This document shows positions 9,661-21,397 of a stretch of 64,000 nucleotides of DNA, one piece after another. The translations under genes were made by a program, and so were the position numbers. The notes beneath the pieces are model-generated. The model was not told where the DNA came from, searched no databases, and saw nothing but the letters and a program-made list of their open reading frames with translations. This stretch comes from Halorutilales archaeon Cl-col2-1 (GTDB lineage: Archaea; Halobacteriota; Halobacteria; Halobacteriales; Afararchaeaceae): NCBI GenBank assembly GCA_041891055.1, contig CP169074.1, positions 192,001 through 256,000 of the forward strand. The letters run 5' to 3'. Position 1 is the first letter of the stretch, and every line of letters begins with the position of its first letter.

Positions 9661-10397
9661 TGACCTTTCTCGCCGTCGATGTAGACGTCTGAGCCGTCTC
9701 TCTCGACACGTCCGTCGGCGATAAGCTCGACGGCTTTTGCGAGGGCAGGACCGTCGCCCTCCCATTTCATCCATTCCTGGTGTGACTCGCAGTAGCTCTG
9801 GACTGCGTCGTCGGAGGCGTTCTCCATGAGACTGTCGACGAGTTCTCTGTGCACCTCGAAACGTTTGGAGAGAGTGAGAAGAGGACCCTCGTCGACGTCT
9901 TGTGTCACGAAATGAACCGACGAACGTGTGTACTCCTCGCCCGAGACTACGGCGTCGTAGACGGGGTCGAATCCCGTGTAGACGCGTTCGCCGTCGTCTC
10001 TCACCGTGAGGTCGGCGGGATGGACATTTATGATAGGGTACGACGAGACTACGGGGGACGTTAGTATACGCATGTACCCCGAGAGTAGGAGGAGGTCGGC
10101 GTTGAAATCCTCGATGGTCTCGGCTGTGTGTCTGTCGTACTCTTCTCTGACCTCGAGATTGCGGGTGTCGGCGTCCCTCTCGGCGTAGAACTCCTCTAGG
10201 TCGTTCGTCTTTAGAGGAATACCTTCGTCACGGACGAACTCTGTGCCTGGAGCGTCGGGGGAGTCGGTAAATGCTCCGACGACCTCGTACTTGTCGCCGT
10301 AGTTGGGGTCGTGTCGCGCGAGATACCGGAGACCGCTCGCACCACCCGAGAAGAAGACCACGACGCGCAGACTCCTGTCTAGATCGAAGAGCGACAT
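9615..10397 (-). CDS. Stand-alone folate-dependent formyltransferase (PurN-like GAR transformylase)
   Basis: FSGGASG, LSGYMRIL, INVHPA, HFVTQDVDEGP with catalytic N/H/D present. Confidence 0.85.
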   Translation of the reverse strand: MSLFDLDRSLRVVVFFSGGASGLRYLARHDPNYGDKYEVVGAFTDSPDAPGTEFVRDEGIPLKTNDLEEFYAERDADTRNLEVREEYDRHTAETIEDFNADLLLLSGYMRILTSPVVSSYPIINVHPADLTVRDDGERVYTGFDPVYDAVVSGEEYTRSSVHFVTQDVDEGPLLTLSKRFEVHRELVDSLMENASDDAVQSYCESHQEWMKWEGDGPALAKAVELIADGRVERDGSDVYIDGEKGHYSLDSASASSQSAR

Positions 10398-10440
10398 TAA
10401 GACCAGAAAAGACGTCCTCGTCCATATGTCTACCGTTAGT

Positions 10441-11406
10441 CTATCCGTGGAGACCCATGACTTCCATCTGTTCTTGGTAACGGTTACGTATGGTGACCTC
10501 GGTGACGTTGGCGACCTCGGCGACCTCCCTCTGTGTCCTCTTCTCGTTACACAGGAGAGACGCGGCGTATATAGCGGCGGCGGCGAATCCAGTAGGCGAC
10601 TTGCCGCTCAGGAGACCTTCCTCCGACGTCGTGTCTATTATGTCGTTAGCCCTCGACTGGACTTCCTCCGGAAGCTCTAACTCAGAACAGAAACGCGGTA
10701 CGTACTTCTTCGGATCGACGGGCTCCATCTCTAAGCCGAGCTCCTGCGAGATATAACGGTACGTGCGTCCGATCTCTTTCCTGTCTACACGTGATACCTG
10801 TGAGATCTCTTCGAGTGAACGTGGAATACCCTCCTTTCTGCAAGCCGCGTAGAGAGCACTCGTGGCTACTCCCTCTATCGAACGTCCACGTATGAGATCC
10901 TCGTTGAGAGCGCGTCTGTATATGACAGAGGCGACCTCCCTCACCGACCTCGGGACTCCGAGAGCACTCGCCATCCTGTCGACCTCTGAGAGAGCGAACT
11001 GGAGATTACGTTCGGAGGCGTCCTTCGTACGTATGCGCTCCTGCCACTTCCTCAGACGGTGCATCTGGCTTCTCTTCTCCGACGAGATAGACCTACCGTA
11101 GGCGTCCTTGTTCTTCCAGTCTATCGTCGTCGTGAGACCCTTGTCGTGCATCGTCTTCGTCGTAGGCGCACCCACCCTCGACTTCTCCTGACGTTCCTTG
11201 TGATCGAAGGCACGCCACTCGGGACCCGGGTCTATCTTCTCCTCCTCGACGACGAGACCACAGTCGTTACATACGACCTCGGCACGTTCTGAGTTAGAGG
11301 TAAGTTCGTCGGAGCCGCATTCGGGACACTGCTCCCCCTCGATCTGATCCTCCTCAGTCTCCTCGGATACTTTCTCCTGAGTCCTCTGCCTTGTTGAGTT
11401 AGCCAT
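10441..11406 (-). CDS. tfb: Transcription initiation factor TFB
   Basis: Zn ribbon CPECG..CNDCG, GPEWRAF, two cyclin repeats, [10 protein letters not shown]. Confidence 0.97.
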   Translation of the reverse strand: MANSTRQRTQEKVSEETEEDQIEGEQCPECGSDELTSNSERAEVVCNDCGLVVEEEKIDPGPEWRAFDHKERQEKSRVGAPTTKTMHDKGLTTTIDWKNKDAYGRSISSEKRSQMHRLRKWQERIRTKDASERNLQFALSEVDRMASALGVPRSVREVASVIYRRALNEDLIRGRSIEGVATSALYAACRKEGIPRSLEEISQVSRVDRKEIGRTYRYISQELGLEMEPVDPKKYVPRFCSELELPEEVQSRANDIIDTTSEEGLLSGKSPTGFAAAAIYAASLLCNEKRTQREVAEVANVTEVTIRNRYQEQMEVMGLHG

Positions 11407-11534
11407 ACAAAATCATATATACAGAATAAATTAACCTACTTAAGGCTTAGGTTATCCTCGTCTAAGCAGTACGGGACAACAGGGTTGAGAGAGGTTCCGA
11501 ACTCCATTTATATACGAGCACCTATACTGAGGAA

Positions 11535-12122
11535 ATGGGACATATACTCGAAATCCCTCCTGACGAGGCACGCGAGAGCCTAGAGGAGATGGGAGCCGAG
11601 TTCACGGACGCGAAGGAAGACGAACTCTGGAGGGCGAGACACGGCGGGAGCGTCGTTGCCGCACACGAAAACGGCGTGGTGGTCTACGGCGACGGTTCGG
11701 TACGTGAAGTACTCGGAGAGGGAGGTGGAAAAGCGGTAGTCGAGTTCGACGGTGCGTCAAGGGGGAACCCCGGACCTGCGTCGGCGGCGTACGTCATCAG
11801 GGACTCCGACTCGGGCATACTCACCGAGAACGGAGAACGTATAGGAAGGGCGACCAACAACGAAGCCGAGTACACAGCGCTACTCGGGGGTCTGAGAGAG
11901 GCTAGCGAGAGAGGCTTCGACGAGGTCGAGGCGGTCGGCGACTCACAGCTCATAGTCAAACAGGTAAGAGGCGACTGGGACTGCAACTCGGAGAATCTCA
12001 AGCCTCTCTACTACGAGGTTAGGGAGTTAGCCGACTCGTTCGACTCGTTCGAGATACGCCACGTCCCACGTGAGACAAACGAGAGGGCGGATAGGATAGC
12101 CAATGAGGTGTTCGAGACTTGA
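11535..12122 (+). CDS. rnhA: Ribonuclease HI
   Basis: FDGASRGNPG, ATNNEAEY, GDSQL, HVPRETNERAD. Confidence 0.93.
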   Translation: MGHILEIPPDEARESLEEMGAEFTDAKEDELWRARHGGSVVAAHENGVVVYGDGSVREVLGEGGGKAVVEFDGASRGNPGPASAAYVIRDSDSGILTENGERIGRATNNEAEYTALLGGLREASERGFDEVEAVGDSQLIVKQVRGDWDCNSENLKPLYYEVRELADSFDSFEIRHVPRETNERADRIANEVFET

Positions 12123-12748
12123 CCGACGACAGCCACAGCCGCAAGGGGAAAGACAGAGACGGAAGCGAGGGAGAGGACGAAGAAGAGAGCGAACGCGAGG
12201 ACTGGGTCGACGAAGCAGTCCGCCTCACTAAGATGTCTCTGACGAGTCCGAGCCCTGTCTACGAGGATAGGCTCGACGAACTCGCCGCCGAGAACGGCTT
12301 CGTGGCGCGTCTCAGAGACGACGAGACTCTCGTCCTCTATCCCGATGACTGGGTTGTGGACGGTGAGGTCGACGTCGAGAGAATAGAAGATACCGACAGA
12401 GCACACGAGATACCTCTGTCGGAGAAGGGAGAAAGCTGGGAGGACGTCCACTCGTACAACTCAGACGTGATCGAAGAGCTCAGCGAGATGGAGGAAGTAA
12501 CCGAGACCGAAGTCTCGAACGCCGAGTACTTCGTAGAGTTTCTCGAGAACCACTACATCCTGCCGGTCGACGAAGTGTCACAGAAACACGTGCGTGAGTT
12601 CCTCGAAGACTACTACCCGAGAAACGTCTGGTCGAGCCCCAATGAAGAAGAGACCGTAAAAAAGTCGGTGAGAAAGCTACTCGAAGCCGCGGGACTCAGC
12701 CCAGACGAGACTGAAGAGTATCTCCGAGACTCAGAACCAGAAAGCTGA
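12119..12748 (+). CDS. Conserved haloarchaeal rnhA-operon protein
   Basis: Acidic protein, 4-nt overlap with rnhA (TTG start), 'TLVLYPDDWV', 'EFLEDYYPRNVW'. Confidence 0.75.
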   Translation: MTDDSHSRKGKDRDGSEGEDEEESEREDWVDEAVRLTKMSLTSPSPVYEDRLDELAAENGFVARLRDDETLVLYPDDWVVDGEVDVERIEDTDRAHEIPLSEKGESWEDVHSYNSDVIEELSEMEEVTETEVSNAEYFVEFLENHYILPVDEVSQKHVREFLEDYYPRNVWSSPNEEETVKKSVRKLLEAAGLSPDETEEYLRDSEPES

Positions 12749-13196
12749 CACCCATTCCGAGCGCGCCGCCGACTACAACGTCGGAAACGTGGTGTAGACT
12801 GAGGTAGACACGAGAGTAGGCTACGAGGGCAGCAAAGCCACAGAGCGCAACAGTAAGACGACGACTCCGGTAAGCGGAGTGGAAGATACCCACCGGTGCG
12901 AACGCCGTCATCGCGTGCATTGATGGGAACGAGGCATAATCGTCGTCGTAGACACGGAATGGGATATGGCTCTTCTCGGCGACTTCTATTCCCTGTTTGA
13001 CATACGGACGGGGTGCGTGAACCGCGGTCTTGAGGCTGACCGCAATAGCACCTACGAGAGCCATGGCTACCAGGAAGTAGGCTGTGTGTCTCCACCGACG
13101 TGTCACTGCCAGAGTCAGGGCGCCTAAGAACGACACCGTGGGATAGAACGGAAACGAGTTGAGAAGAGTCATCAGAGAGTCGAGGTACGAGACCAT
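12696..13196 (-). CDS. PAP2-family phosphatase
   Basis: KxxxxxxRP, SFPSMH, SRVYLSLHHVSDV. Confidence 0.9.
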   Translation of the reverse strand: MVSYLDSLMTLLNSFPFYPTVSFLGALTLAVTRRWRHTAYFLVAMALVGAIAVSLKTAVHAPRPYVKQGIEVAEKSHIPFRVYDDDYASFPSMHAMTAFAPVGIFHSAYRSRRLTVALCGFAALVAYSRVYLSLHHVSDVVVGGALGMGVSFLVLSLGDTLQSRLG

Positions 13197-13234
13197 GCCG
13201 ACTCTTCGTCGCCACTGAAGTAAAAGAAGTCGGT

Positions 13235-13609
13235 TTACTTCTTCCCGAACCTGATCTCTAAGACGCCGTTACTGTAACTCTCGTCGGGATTGGTGACGTC
13301 TACACCCGACGGAACCCCGATAGACTCCGAGTAAGAGCCGTGGACGTTCTCGGCTCGTACCTTGAGTCTCTCGCCGTCGATCTCATAATCTATCTTGTCC
13401 TCGTCGAAGCCGAGTAGCTCCGCGGCGACTACAAAGTCACCGTCGTAATCGCGTGACTCTACGCGCGCACGTGGGATCTCATACTCGTCCTCGGCGTCGG
13501 CACCAGCATCTCGTCTATTCTCGTTAGTCCGAGGCTCGGCTCCGTCGAGTATCTCACGGAAGAGATCGTTTATGTCTCTGATGTCGTCTGAGGAGTTTCT
13601 TCTGTTCAT
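13235..13609 (-). CDS. Hsp20/alpha-crystallin family protein
   Basis: C-terminal 'SYSNGVLEIRF'. ATG at 13609 follows an AT-rich promoter. Confidence 0.8.
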   Translation of the reverse strand: MNRRNSSDDIRDINDLFREILDGAEPRTNENRRDAGADAEDEYEIPRARVESRDYDGDFVVAAELLGFDEDKIDYEIDGERLKVRAENVHGSYSESIGVPSGVDVTNPDESYSNGVLEIRFGKK

Positions 13610-13709
13610 TTTGCTTAACCTTAGGTAAGCAGTCCTAGTATATAAACCTTCTCCCGAAAATATCTCAACCGCCGGAAGCTTGATGCGGGAAGAGTACTGT
13701 TTTGAGGAC

Positions 13710-13874
13710 ATGGTACGCGTTGACAAGGAACACCACCGATGCAACATCTGTGGAGAGGACTTCGACAACGAGGCAGAGCTAGAGCGTCACATAGACAGAC
13801 GTCATCCCGAGGAGGACGTCCACTGGTGGGTTGTCGCCGAGAACCCCGAGGATCTCCCTTTCGAGTCGAGTTAA
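13710..13874 (+). CDS. Small C2H2 zinc-finger protein
   Basis: CNIC-x12-HIDRRH with conserved F and L. Confidence 0.75.
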   Translation: MVRVDKEHHRCNICGEDFDNEAELERHIDRRHPEEDVHWWVVAENPEDLPFESS

Positions 13875-13914
13875 ATCTAAAGATACATCAAAGGAGACCT
13901 CCTATATCCGTTAG

Positions 13915-13988
13915 GGGTTCGTGGTCTAGTCGGTTATGACACCGCCCTTACAAGGCGGAGGTCCCCGGTTCGATCCCGGGCGAACCCA
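13915..13988 (+). tRNA. tRNA-Val (TAC)
   Basis: Acceptor GGGTTCG/CGAACCC, anticodon arm CCGCC-CTTACAA-GGCGG, T-loop GTTCGATC. Confidence 0.96.
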
Positions 13989-14071
13989 CTGGGCGAACTT
14001 TTGTGAGCGAAGTGGTGTGGTATGTACGAGAGGTTCAGTTCTGAGTCTGTGTCTTAGAGTAATTTGGTAGG

Positions 14072-14929
14072 CTACTCCGTCGCAGATCTAACTGATGTGT
14101 CGTCTCCGTCATCGACCACGACGACGACTTTTGGCTCGTCGACCTCGTCGGGACAGTCCTCGGAGACTTCAAGGGGTACTGTCTCACGGTCGGCGAAGGC
14201 GTCCTCGATCTCACCCGTGTCGCGGTCAAGGAAAGCCTCTTGTCTAAGTGTGATGTTGTACCTCCTTGTCTCGCCCCCACTGAGAAGGAGGTCGAAGGGT
14301 GCGTTGTCTCTCACGGGCGCGGGTCTGTACTCCGACTCGGAGATGTAGACACAGCCGTTGACAGACGGTACTTCGGCAGTACGTGACAGAGCGAACGGAT
14401 TCTCGACCGTCACTGTTCCGACTACGTCTTCATTCGTGGGTCTGAATCCCTCAGGAAGCTCGACCTCGTCGTCGAAGTCGTACTCGTAGGTCGTCTGTGC
14501 CCCCGTGACGTCGAACCCGAGGAGGACGAAGGCAACGACTAAGACACCGACAATCCCTGCCGCGGCTGTACGTCGGTCGACGTCGAGGTATCCTCTGCTC
14601 GAGACGTAGCCGAGGACGACGAAGAGTGCCGAGGAGCCAGCGAGGAGGAGGAAGACACCGCCGTCACCGAGGTCGAAGACTGAGAGCGTGTACGCGACGA
14701 AGACGAGGTAGGAGCCAGCTGAGAGGGCGTAGAAGACAGTATCGAGTGTCTCGGTGTCGACGTAGACTCCGGCGAGGAAGAAGGCGGCGAAGCCTAAGAC
14801 GAGAGCCGCGGAGGTCGTCGTCGGCGATAGGTCTTCGAGTAGCTGGAATCCGAAGTAGAAAGCCGCTGCTACACCGAGTACGACACCGACGACGTAGAGT
14901 ATCTTGACCCGGTCAATTTTCGTCTCCAT
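14072..14929 (-). CDS. Haloarchaeal membrane protein with acidic extracellular C-terminal domain
   Basis: Five TM segments followed by an acidic domain with a Cys pair. Confidence 0.75.
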   Translation of the reverse strand: METKIDRVKILYVVGVVLGVAAAFYFGFQLLEDLSPTTTSAALVLGFAAFFLAGVYVDTETLDTVFYALSAGSYLVFVAYTLSVFDLGDGGVFLLLAGSSALFVVLGYVSSRGYLDVDRRTAAAGIVGVLVVAFVLLGFDVTGAQTTYEYDFDDEVELPEGFRPTNEDVVGTVTVENPFALSRTAEVPSVNGCVYISESEYRPAPVRDNAPFDLLLSGGETRRYNITLRQEAFLDRDTGEIEDAFADRETVPLEVSEDCPDEVDEPKVVVVVDDGDDTSVRSATE

Positions 14930-15016
14930 GTCCCAGAATCGGACTCGTCGTACTTATTAGTGGGCACATGGAAACTGACTTAACCGGGTTCTCCGAAGTA
15001 TAGACACACCACAGGA

Positions 15017-15325
15017 ATGTCAGACGATACCGACACCGAGTTACGTTTACGTAGTATAAGCGGCTCACTCAGGTACGCCTTCCGTGTGAGTGATTCCCTT
15101 CTCCTCAAGATATACGGCGTCGTCTTCGTCGGCGTCGGTGCCTTCGTCACGGTTCTCTGGCTTCTCACGATGGTGACGTGGCTCGGACGGCTGAGCGGAG
15201 TGGCTCCGGTATCGGAGATCTGGGGATTTCTTCCGTTTCTGGTCTTCGTCTATCTCGTCGTAATGGGCGTACTTATTCTGCCTCTATACATTCCCATGAG
15301 AAGGTACAGAGAGACTTCGAGTTAG
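15017..15325 (+). CDS. Hypothetical 2-TM membrane protein
   Basis: Fills the gap, two hydrophobic helices, 4-nt convergent overlap. Confidence 0.65.
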   Translation: MSDDTDTELRLRSISGSLRYAFRVSDSLLLKIYGVVFVGVGAFVTVLWLLTMVTWLGRLSGVAPVSEIWGFLPFLVFVYLVVMGVLILPLYIPMRRYRETSS

Positions 15326-15906
15326 TCCATTCCGCGCCACGTCATAACGAACCTCTGTACTGCGGTCAGATTTCCGACGACCGCGAATAGTATCAGAACC
15401 CATCTCAGTACGCCTCCGAACGCGGCGTGGGCGAGACCTCCGGCTACTATCAGAGACATCCTGTCGGCGCGTCCGAGCGCGCCGCCGTACTCCCTTCCTG
15501 CGCCGACTGCCTGTGCCTGTGTTCCCATGTACGACGTCATGAAGACGCCCGTGAGAGCTAAGAGTCCAAACATCCACTCGCCGGTGCCCGCCGAGATCCC
15601 GACCACGAAGACCGCGTCTGAGTACCTGTCGAGGACGTGGTCGAGGAAGTCGCCCTTCTTACTCTCTGACCCCGACTCGCGGGCGAGTTCCCCATCTACG
15701 AGGTCGAGGAAGCCGTTGAGAACCACGAGGAGTGACCCACCAACGTAGCCGTAGAAGCTTCCGACCGAGAAAGATACGCCCGAGGCGACCGCTACGACGA
15801 GCGAGACGACAGAGACCTGGTTAGGTGTCATTCCGAGACTCCGGGCGGCTCTCACTCCCGGCTTCACAGCCTTGTATCCGAGCGGCTTGAGGCTGTCAAG
15901 TGTCAC
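15322..15906 (-). CDS. CDP-alcohol phosphatidyltransferase (archaetidylinositol-phosphate synthase-like)
   Basis: TPN, D-x2-DG-x2-AR-x8-G-x3-D-x3-D signature. Confidence 0.92.
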   Translation of the reverse strand: MTLDSLKPLGYKAVKPGVRAARSLGMTPNQVSVVSLVVAVASGVSFSVGSFYGYVGGSLLVVLNGFLDLVDGELARESGSESKKGDFLDHVLDRYSDAVFVVGISAGTGEWMFGLLALTGVFMTSYMGTQAQAVGAGREYGGALGRADRMSLIVAGGLAHAAFGGVLRWVLILFAVVGNLTAVQRFVMTWRGMD

Positions 15907-16469
15907 TGAGGGTCACCTCCAGTCCAACTTCCAGTCGCGTCTGAGCCATCGGTGGAGATGTACTCTATCCAGTCGGCGTCTGCTACTCCTGTCCTCGACT
16001 CATGTTTCTCGACTGCCTCGGCTGCTTCTTCGACAGTCTCCCCCACAGTCTTGTCTGTCGTATCTATCTCATAGACGTTTTCGTCCCCCTGTTTCTCGAC
16101 AGCCTCAGCGAGAACGACGTCGAGAGCCTCCGACTCGGCGTTCTCACGTACCTTGTCGTCGTCGTACCCCCTTTCAGAGAGACGGTCTTCGAGGACGTCG
16201 GGTCTGCATCTCAGGACTACGGTGTGGCCGACGTCCACGAGATGCGAGAGATGTCCCTCGATGAGGATGTCGTCCTCCGAGTCGAGTTCGTCGCGTACAG
16301 CATCTATGTCGACCTCGGGAACACCGTACTCGTCGTCGTAGCCCTCTGTGAAGACCGACTCCTCCGCGAGACGGCTGAGATCCACGACTTCTAAGCCAAG
16401 TCTCTCTGCGAGGTGTTCGGCGACTGTCGTCTTGCCGGTTCCGGGTGTCCCGGTGAGGGCTACGCGCAT
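15903..16469 (-). CDS. Archaeal adenylate kinase (AK6/Fap7 family)
   Basis: TGTPGTGKTT, EGHLSH, LRCRP, KVRENAESE. Confidence 0.9.
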   Translation of the reverse strand: MRVALTGTPGTGKTTVAEHLAERLGLEVVDLSRLAEESVFTEGYDDEYGVPEVDIDAVRDELDSEDDILIEGHLSHLVDVGHTVVLRCRPDVLEDRLSERGYDDDKVRENAESEALDVVLAEAVEKQGDENVYEIDTTDKTVGETVEEAAEAVEKHESRTGVADADWIEYISTDGSDATGSWTGGDPQ

Positions 16470-17542
16470 ACTGCGTTTATCTGTCTGACGGCACGTCTTG
16501 TCTCGTCCTCTGTCCCGACAGAGACACGTATACAGCCCGGGAGTCCGAAGCTCGTTGTGTCTCTCACGATTATACCTCTCTTCTCAAGCTCCTCAGCGAC
16601 CTCTGACGCCGACATACCCGACGGTTCAACGTCGACGAGTACGAAGTTAGCCTCCGACTCGAACGTGGGGAGATCGATCTCAGACGAGAGGTGATCACGT
16701 CCCCAGTCTACGAGTTCGAGAGTCTCGTCTAGGTGATCGTCGTCATCGAGAGCACCTAGTGCGCCGTGTAGCGACAGGTTGCCGACCGAGAAAGGTGTCT
16801 TGACCTTCCTGTACGCAGTGGCGAGCCAGTCGGGTACTACGCCGTATCCGACACGGAGTCCTGCGAGTCCGAACGCCTTCGAGAAGGTGCGTGCGACTGC
16901 TACGTCGTCCCTCTTGACAGCCTCAGGCGCGAAAGACGGTGAATCGGAGAACTCACCGTAAGCCTCGTCGACGAAGACGAGTCCATCGACTTCATCTGCT
17001 ATCTCGACGATATCGTCGTTACTCAGGGTTGTCCCCGTCGGGTTGTTGGGCGTCGTGAGATAGACTATCTTCTCGTCCGAGTAGGCGTCGAGAACAGTCT
17101 CGGGGGTCATCTCGAAGCCGTCTTTCTTCGAGAGAGAGAAACTCGACTCGTTGCCTCCGAGATACCTCGCTGACATTCCGTAGTAGGAGAATCCGGGCGA
17201 CGGCGTGAGTACGGAGTCGCCGTCCTCTATGACCGCACGTCCCACGGTGTCGAAGACTCCGTCAGCACCCGCTCCCAAGACTACGTTGCCCTCGGGGACT
17301 CCGACGTAGTCGGCGACTCTTTCTCTCAAGGTCTCGTTGAGTGCCGTGGGGTAGATATTCGCGCCGTCGAGGTTCTGTTGTATCCTCTCGACAGCTGCAT
17401 CAGGGGGACCTAAGGGATTCTCGTTCGAGGCTAGCTTAGCCATCTCGTCGGGCGATAGACCGTGTTCGAAGGCGACCTCGTCTATCCCTTTCCCCGGGAC
17501 GTACTCGTCGAATCCGGAAAGATCCTTCAGAAGATCGCTCAT
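16460..17542 (-). CDS. hisC: Histidinol-phosphate aminotransferase
   Basis: KLASNENP, PNNPTG, DEAY, RTFSKAFGLAGLRVG. Confidence 0.93.
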   Translation of the reverse strand: MSDLLKDLSGFDEYVPGKGIDEVAFEHGLSPDEMAKLASNENPLGPPDAAVERIQQNLDGANIYPTALNETLRERVADYVGVPEGNVVLGAGADGVFDTVGRAVIEDGDSVLTPSPGFSYYGMSARYLGGNESSFSLSKKDGFEMTPETVLDAYSDEKIVYLTTPNNPTGTTLSNDDIVEIADEVDGLVFVDEAYGEFSDSPSFAPEAVKRDDVAVARTFSKAFGLAGLRVGYGVVPDWLATAYRKVKTPFSVGNLSLHGALGALDDDDHLDETLELVDWGRDHLSSEIDLPTFESEANFVLVDVEPSGMSASEVAEELEKRGIIVRDTTSFGLPGCIRVSVGTEDETRRAVRQINAVCA

Positions 17543-17641
17543 TACTCGACTGTATCCGCGTAACGTAATGAAGCTACCGCTCCCGAGTCGGGTTTTCGGT
17601 TCCCCATCAAAACCGTAATTAAGCAGTATGACGAAGTAAGC

Positions 17642-18472
17642 GTGATGGCAGATGGAATAGCTAATCTAAACCAGGATCAGATCGACCGTTACTCACGTCA
17701 CATAATACTCGATCAGGTGGGCGCGGAGGGACAGGCGAAGCTCCTCAACTCACGCGTCCTCGTGATCGGTGCGGGAGGTCTCGGCGCTCCCGTGATACAG
17801 TACCTCGCCGCCGTCGGCGTCGGAACCATAGGTATAGTCGACGACGACGAGGTCGAGAGGTCGAATCTCCAGAGACAGGTTATACACGGCGACGACGACG
17901 TCGGTAGGCCCAAGGTCGACTCGGCAGAGGACTTCGTAGCGCGTCTCAACCCCGACGTCGAGGTCGAGAAGTACGAGACGAGGATAGACGAGAACAACAT
18001 AGACAACATAATAGAGAGCTTCGACTTCGTCATAGACGCCACCGACAACTTCGCGACGCGTTACCTCGTCAACGACGCGTGTACACTCGCAGACAAGCCC
18101 TTCTCACACGGCGCTATATTCAAGTTCGAGGGTCAGGTCACCTCGTTTACCGACCCTGAGGGACCGTGTTACAGATGCATGTTCCCAGAAGCGCCTCCCC
18201 CAGGCATGATGCCCAACTGCGCCGAGGCGGGAGTCATAGGTGTTCTTCCCGGGATCATAGGCGTCGTACAGGCGACAGAGGCTGTGAAGTACCTCCTCGA
18301 CATAGGGGACAGCCTCGACGGACGTATGATGTTCTACGACTCGACAGACATGTCGTTCGACGAGGTTGAGATACACAAGGATCCCAACTGTCCCGTCTGT
18401 TCGGAGTCACCCGATATAACAAGCGTGAAGGACGAGGAAGTAGAGTACAGTCACGCGTGCTCGATAAACTAA
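17642..18472 (+). CDS. ubaA: SAMP-activating E1-like enzyme (MoeB/ThiF family)
   Basis: RYSRH, GAGGLG, SNLQRQ, CYRC, NCAEAG, CPVC. Confidence 0.88.
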   Translation: MMADGIANLNQDQIDRYSRHIILDQVGAEGQAKLLNSRVLVIGAGGLGAPVIQYLAAVGVGTIGIVDDDEVERSNLQRQVIHGDDDVGRPKVDSAEDFVARLNPDVEVEKYETRIDENNIDNIIESFDFVIDATDNFATRYLVNDACTLADKPFSHGAIFKFEGQVTSFTDPEGPCYRCMFPEAPPPGMMPNCAEAGVIGVLPGIIGVVQATEAVKYLLDIGDSLDGRMMFYDSTDMSFDEVEIHKDPNCPVCSESPDITSVKDEEVEYSHACSIN

Positions 18473-18491
18473 AACTAAACGGTGAAGAAAC

Positions 18492-18752
18492 ATGGCTATA
18501 ACTGAACCCGACGACGGACGTTCGTACGGAATGGCAAAGGTGACCCACTGGGTCGACGAGGAAGATTTCCCGATCACCAAGGACGACTTGGAAGAACATG
18601 CCGACGAGGATCTGATGCTGAGCTACGAGGAGTCAGTCAGATTCGGCGACGTCCTCGAACGTGTCGACCAGACCGAGTTCGACGGCATCGTGGATATGTG
18701 GCAGTCGCTCGGAGACGTACTCAGACAGATAGATCCTGACAGAGTCGCGTAA
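18492..18752 (+). CDS. Conserved haloarchaeal small acidic protein
   Basis: 'EPDDG..YGMA....DEEDFPITK'; operonic position and host codon style. Confidence 0.75.
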   Translation: MAITEPDDGRSYGMAKVTHWVDEEDFPITKDDLEEHADEDLMLSYEESVRFGDVLERVDQTEFDGIVDMWQSLGDVLRQIDPDRVA

Positions 18753-18756
18753 TCCA

Positions 18757-19332
18757 ATGGCTTCTGCTAAGAAGCACGGGAGTCTCGAAAGAAAGGCGTG
18801 GGGAGTCTCGTTAGTCGTATCTGTGGTCGCTGTCACCCTAATCGCGCTGTCGTCGCGGAGTATGCTTCCCGAGCCTCTCGTCCCGCCTGCGTCTGACTGG
18901 CTTGTCTCAACTATCCCGCACATAAATGCCGTACTCGTTCTCACCGCATTCGTGACCGTCGTACTCGGATACAGAGCTATCCAGGACGGACGTGTCTCCG
19001 ACCACGCGAGGTACATGATGGTCACGACGGTACTCTTCTTCGTATTCCTCGCCTTCTACCTCGTGCGTCTCGCCAACATTGGGACGACGGAGTTCGGCGG
19101 CTCGGAGTTCGTATACTCGTACGTATATCTGCCTTTCCTCGGTATACATATGCTCCTCGCTATAATCTGTATACCTCTCGTCCTCTACGCCGCAATAATC
19201 GGAGTCTCGCTCGATGTCTCCGAGATAAGGAAGACAGCACATCCCAGAGTCGGCAGGGTAGCCACTCCACTCTGGGCGGTAAGCTTCCTCTTCGGCTTCG
19301 TCGTCTACCTCATGCTACACCACATATTCTGA
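18757..19332 (+). CDS. DUF420-family membrane protein
   Basis: PHINA, H..YM, FLAFYL, HMLLA, HPRVGR motifs. Confidence 0.85.
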   Translation: MASAKKHGSLERKAWGVSLVVSVVAVTLIALSSRSMLPEPLVPPASDWLVSTIPHINAVLVLTAFVTVVLGYRAIQDGRVSDHARYMMVTTVLFFVFLAFYLVRLANIGTTEFGGSEFVYSYVYLPFLGIHMLLAIICIPLVLYAAIIGVSLDVSEIRKTAHPRVGRVATPLWAVSFLFGFVVYLMLHHIF

Positions 19333-19475
19333 TCGCTGTCTCTCTGGGTTGGAAGAAGCGGTATCCTTAAGTCGGTTACAGCCCTATTTAACTTAGAGTA
19401 ATTCGAGACACGGCGTCGGATTCGTGCGAAAACAACTCAGTTGTTCAACTTAACAAAAAAGAGGGTTCTATATAG

Positions 19476-21389
<1,914 letters not shown>

Positions 21390-21397
21390 AGAAAAAC

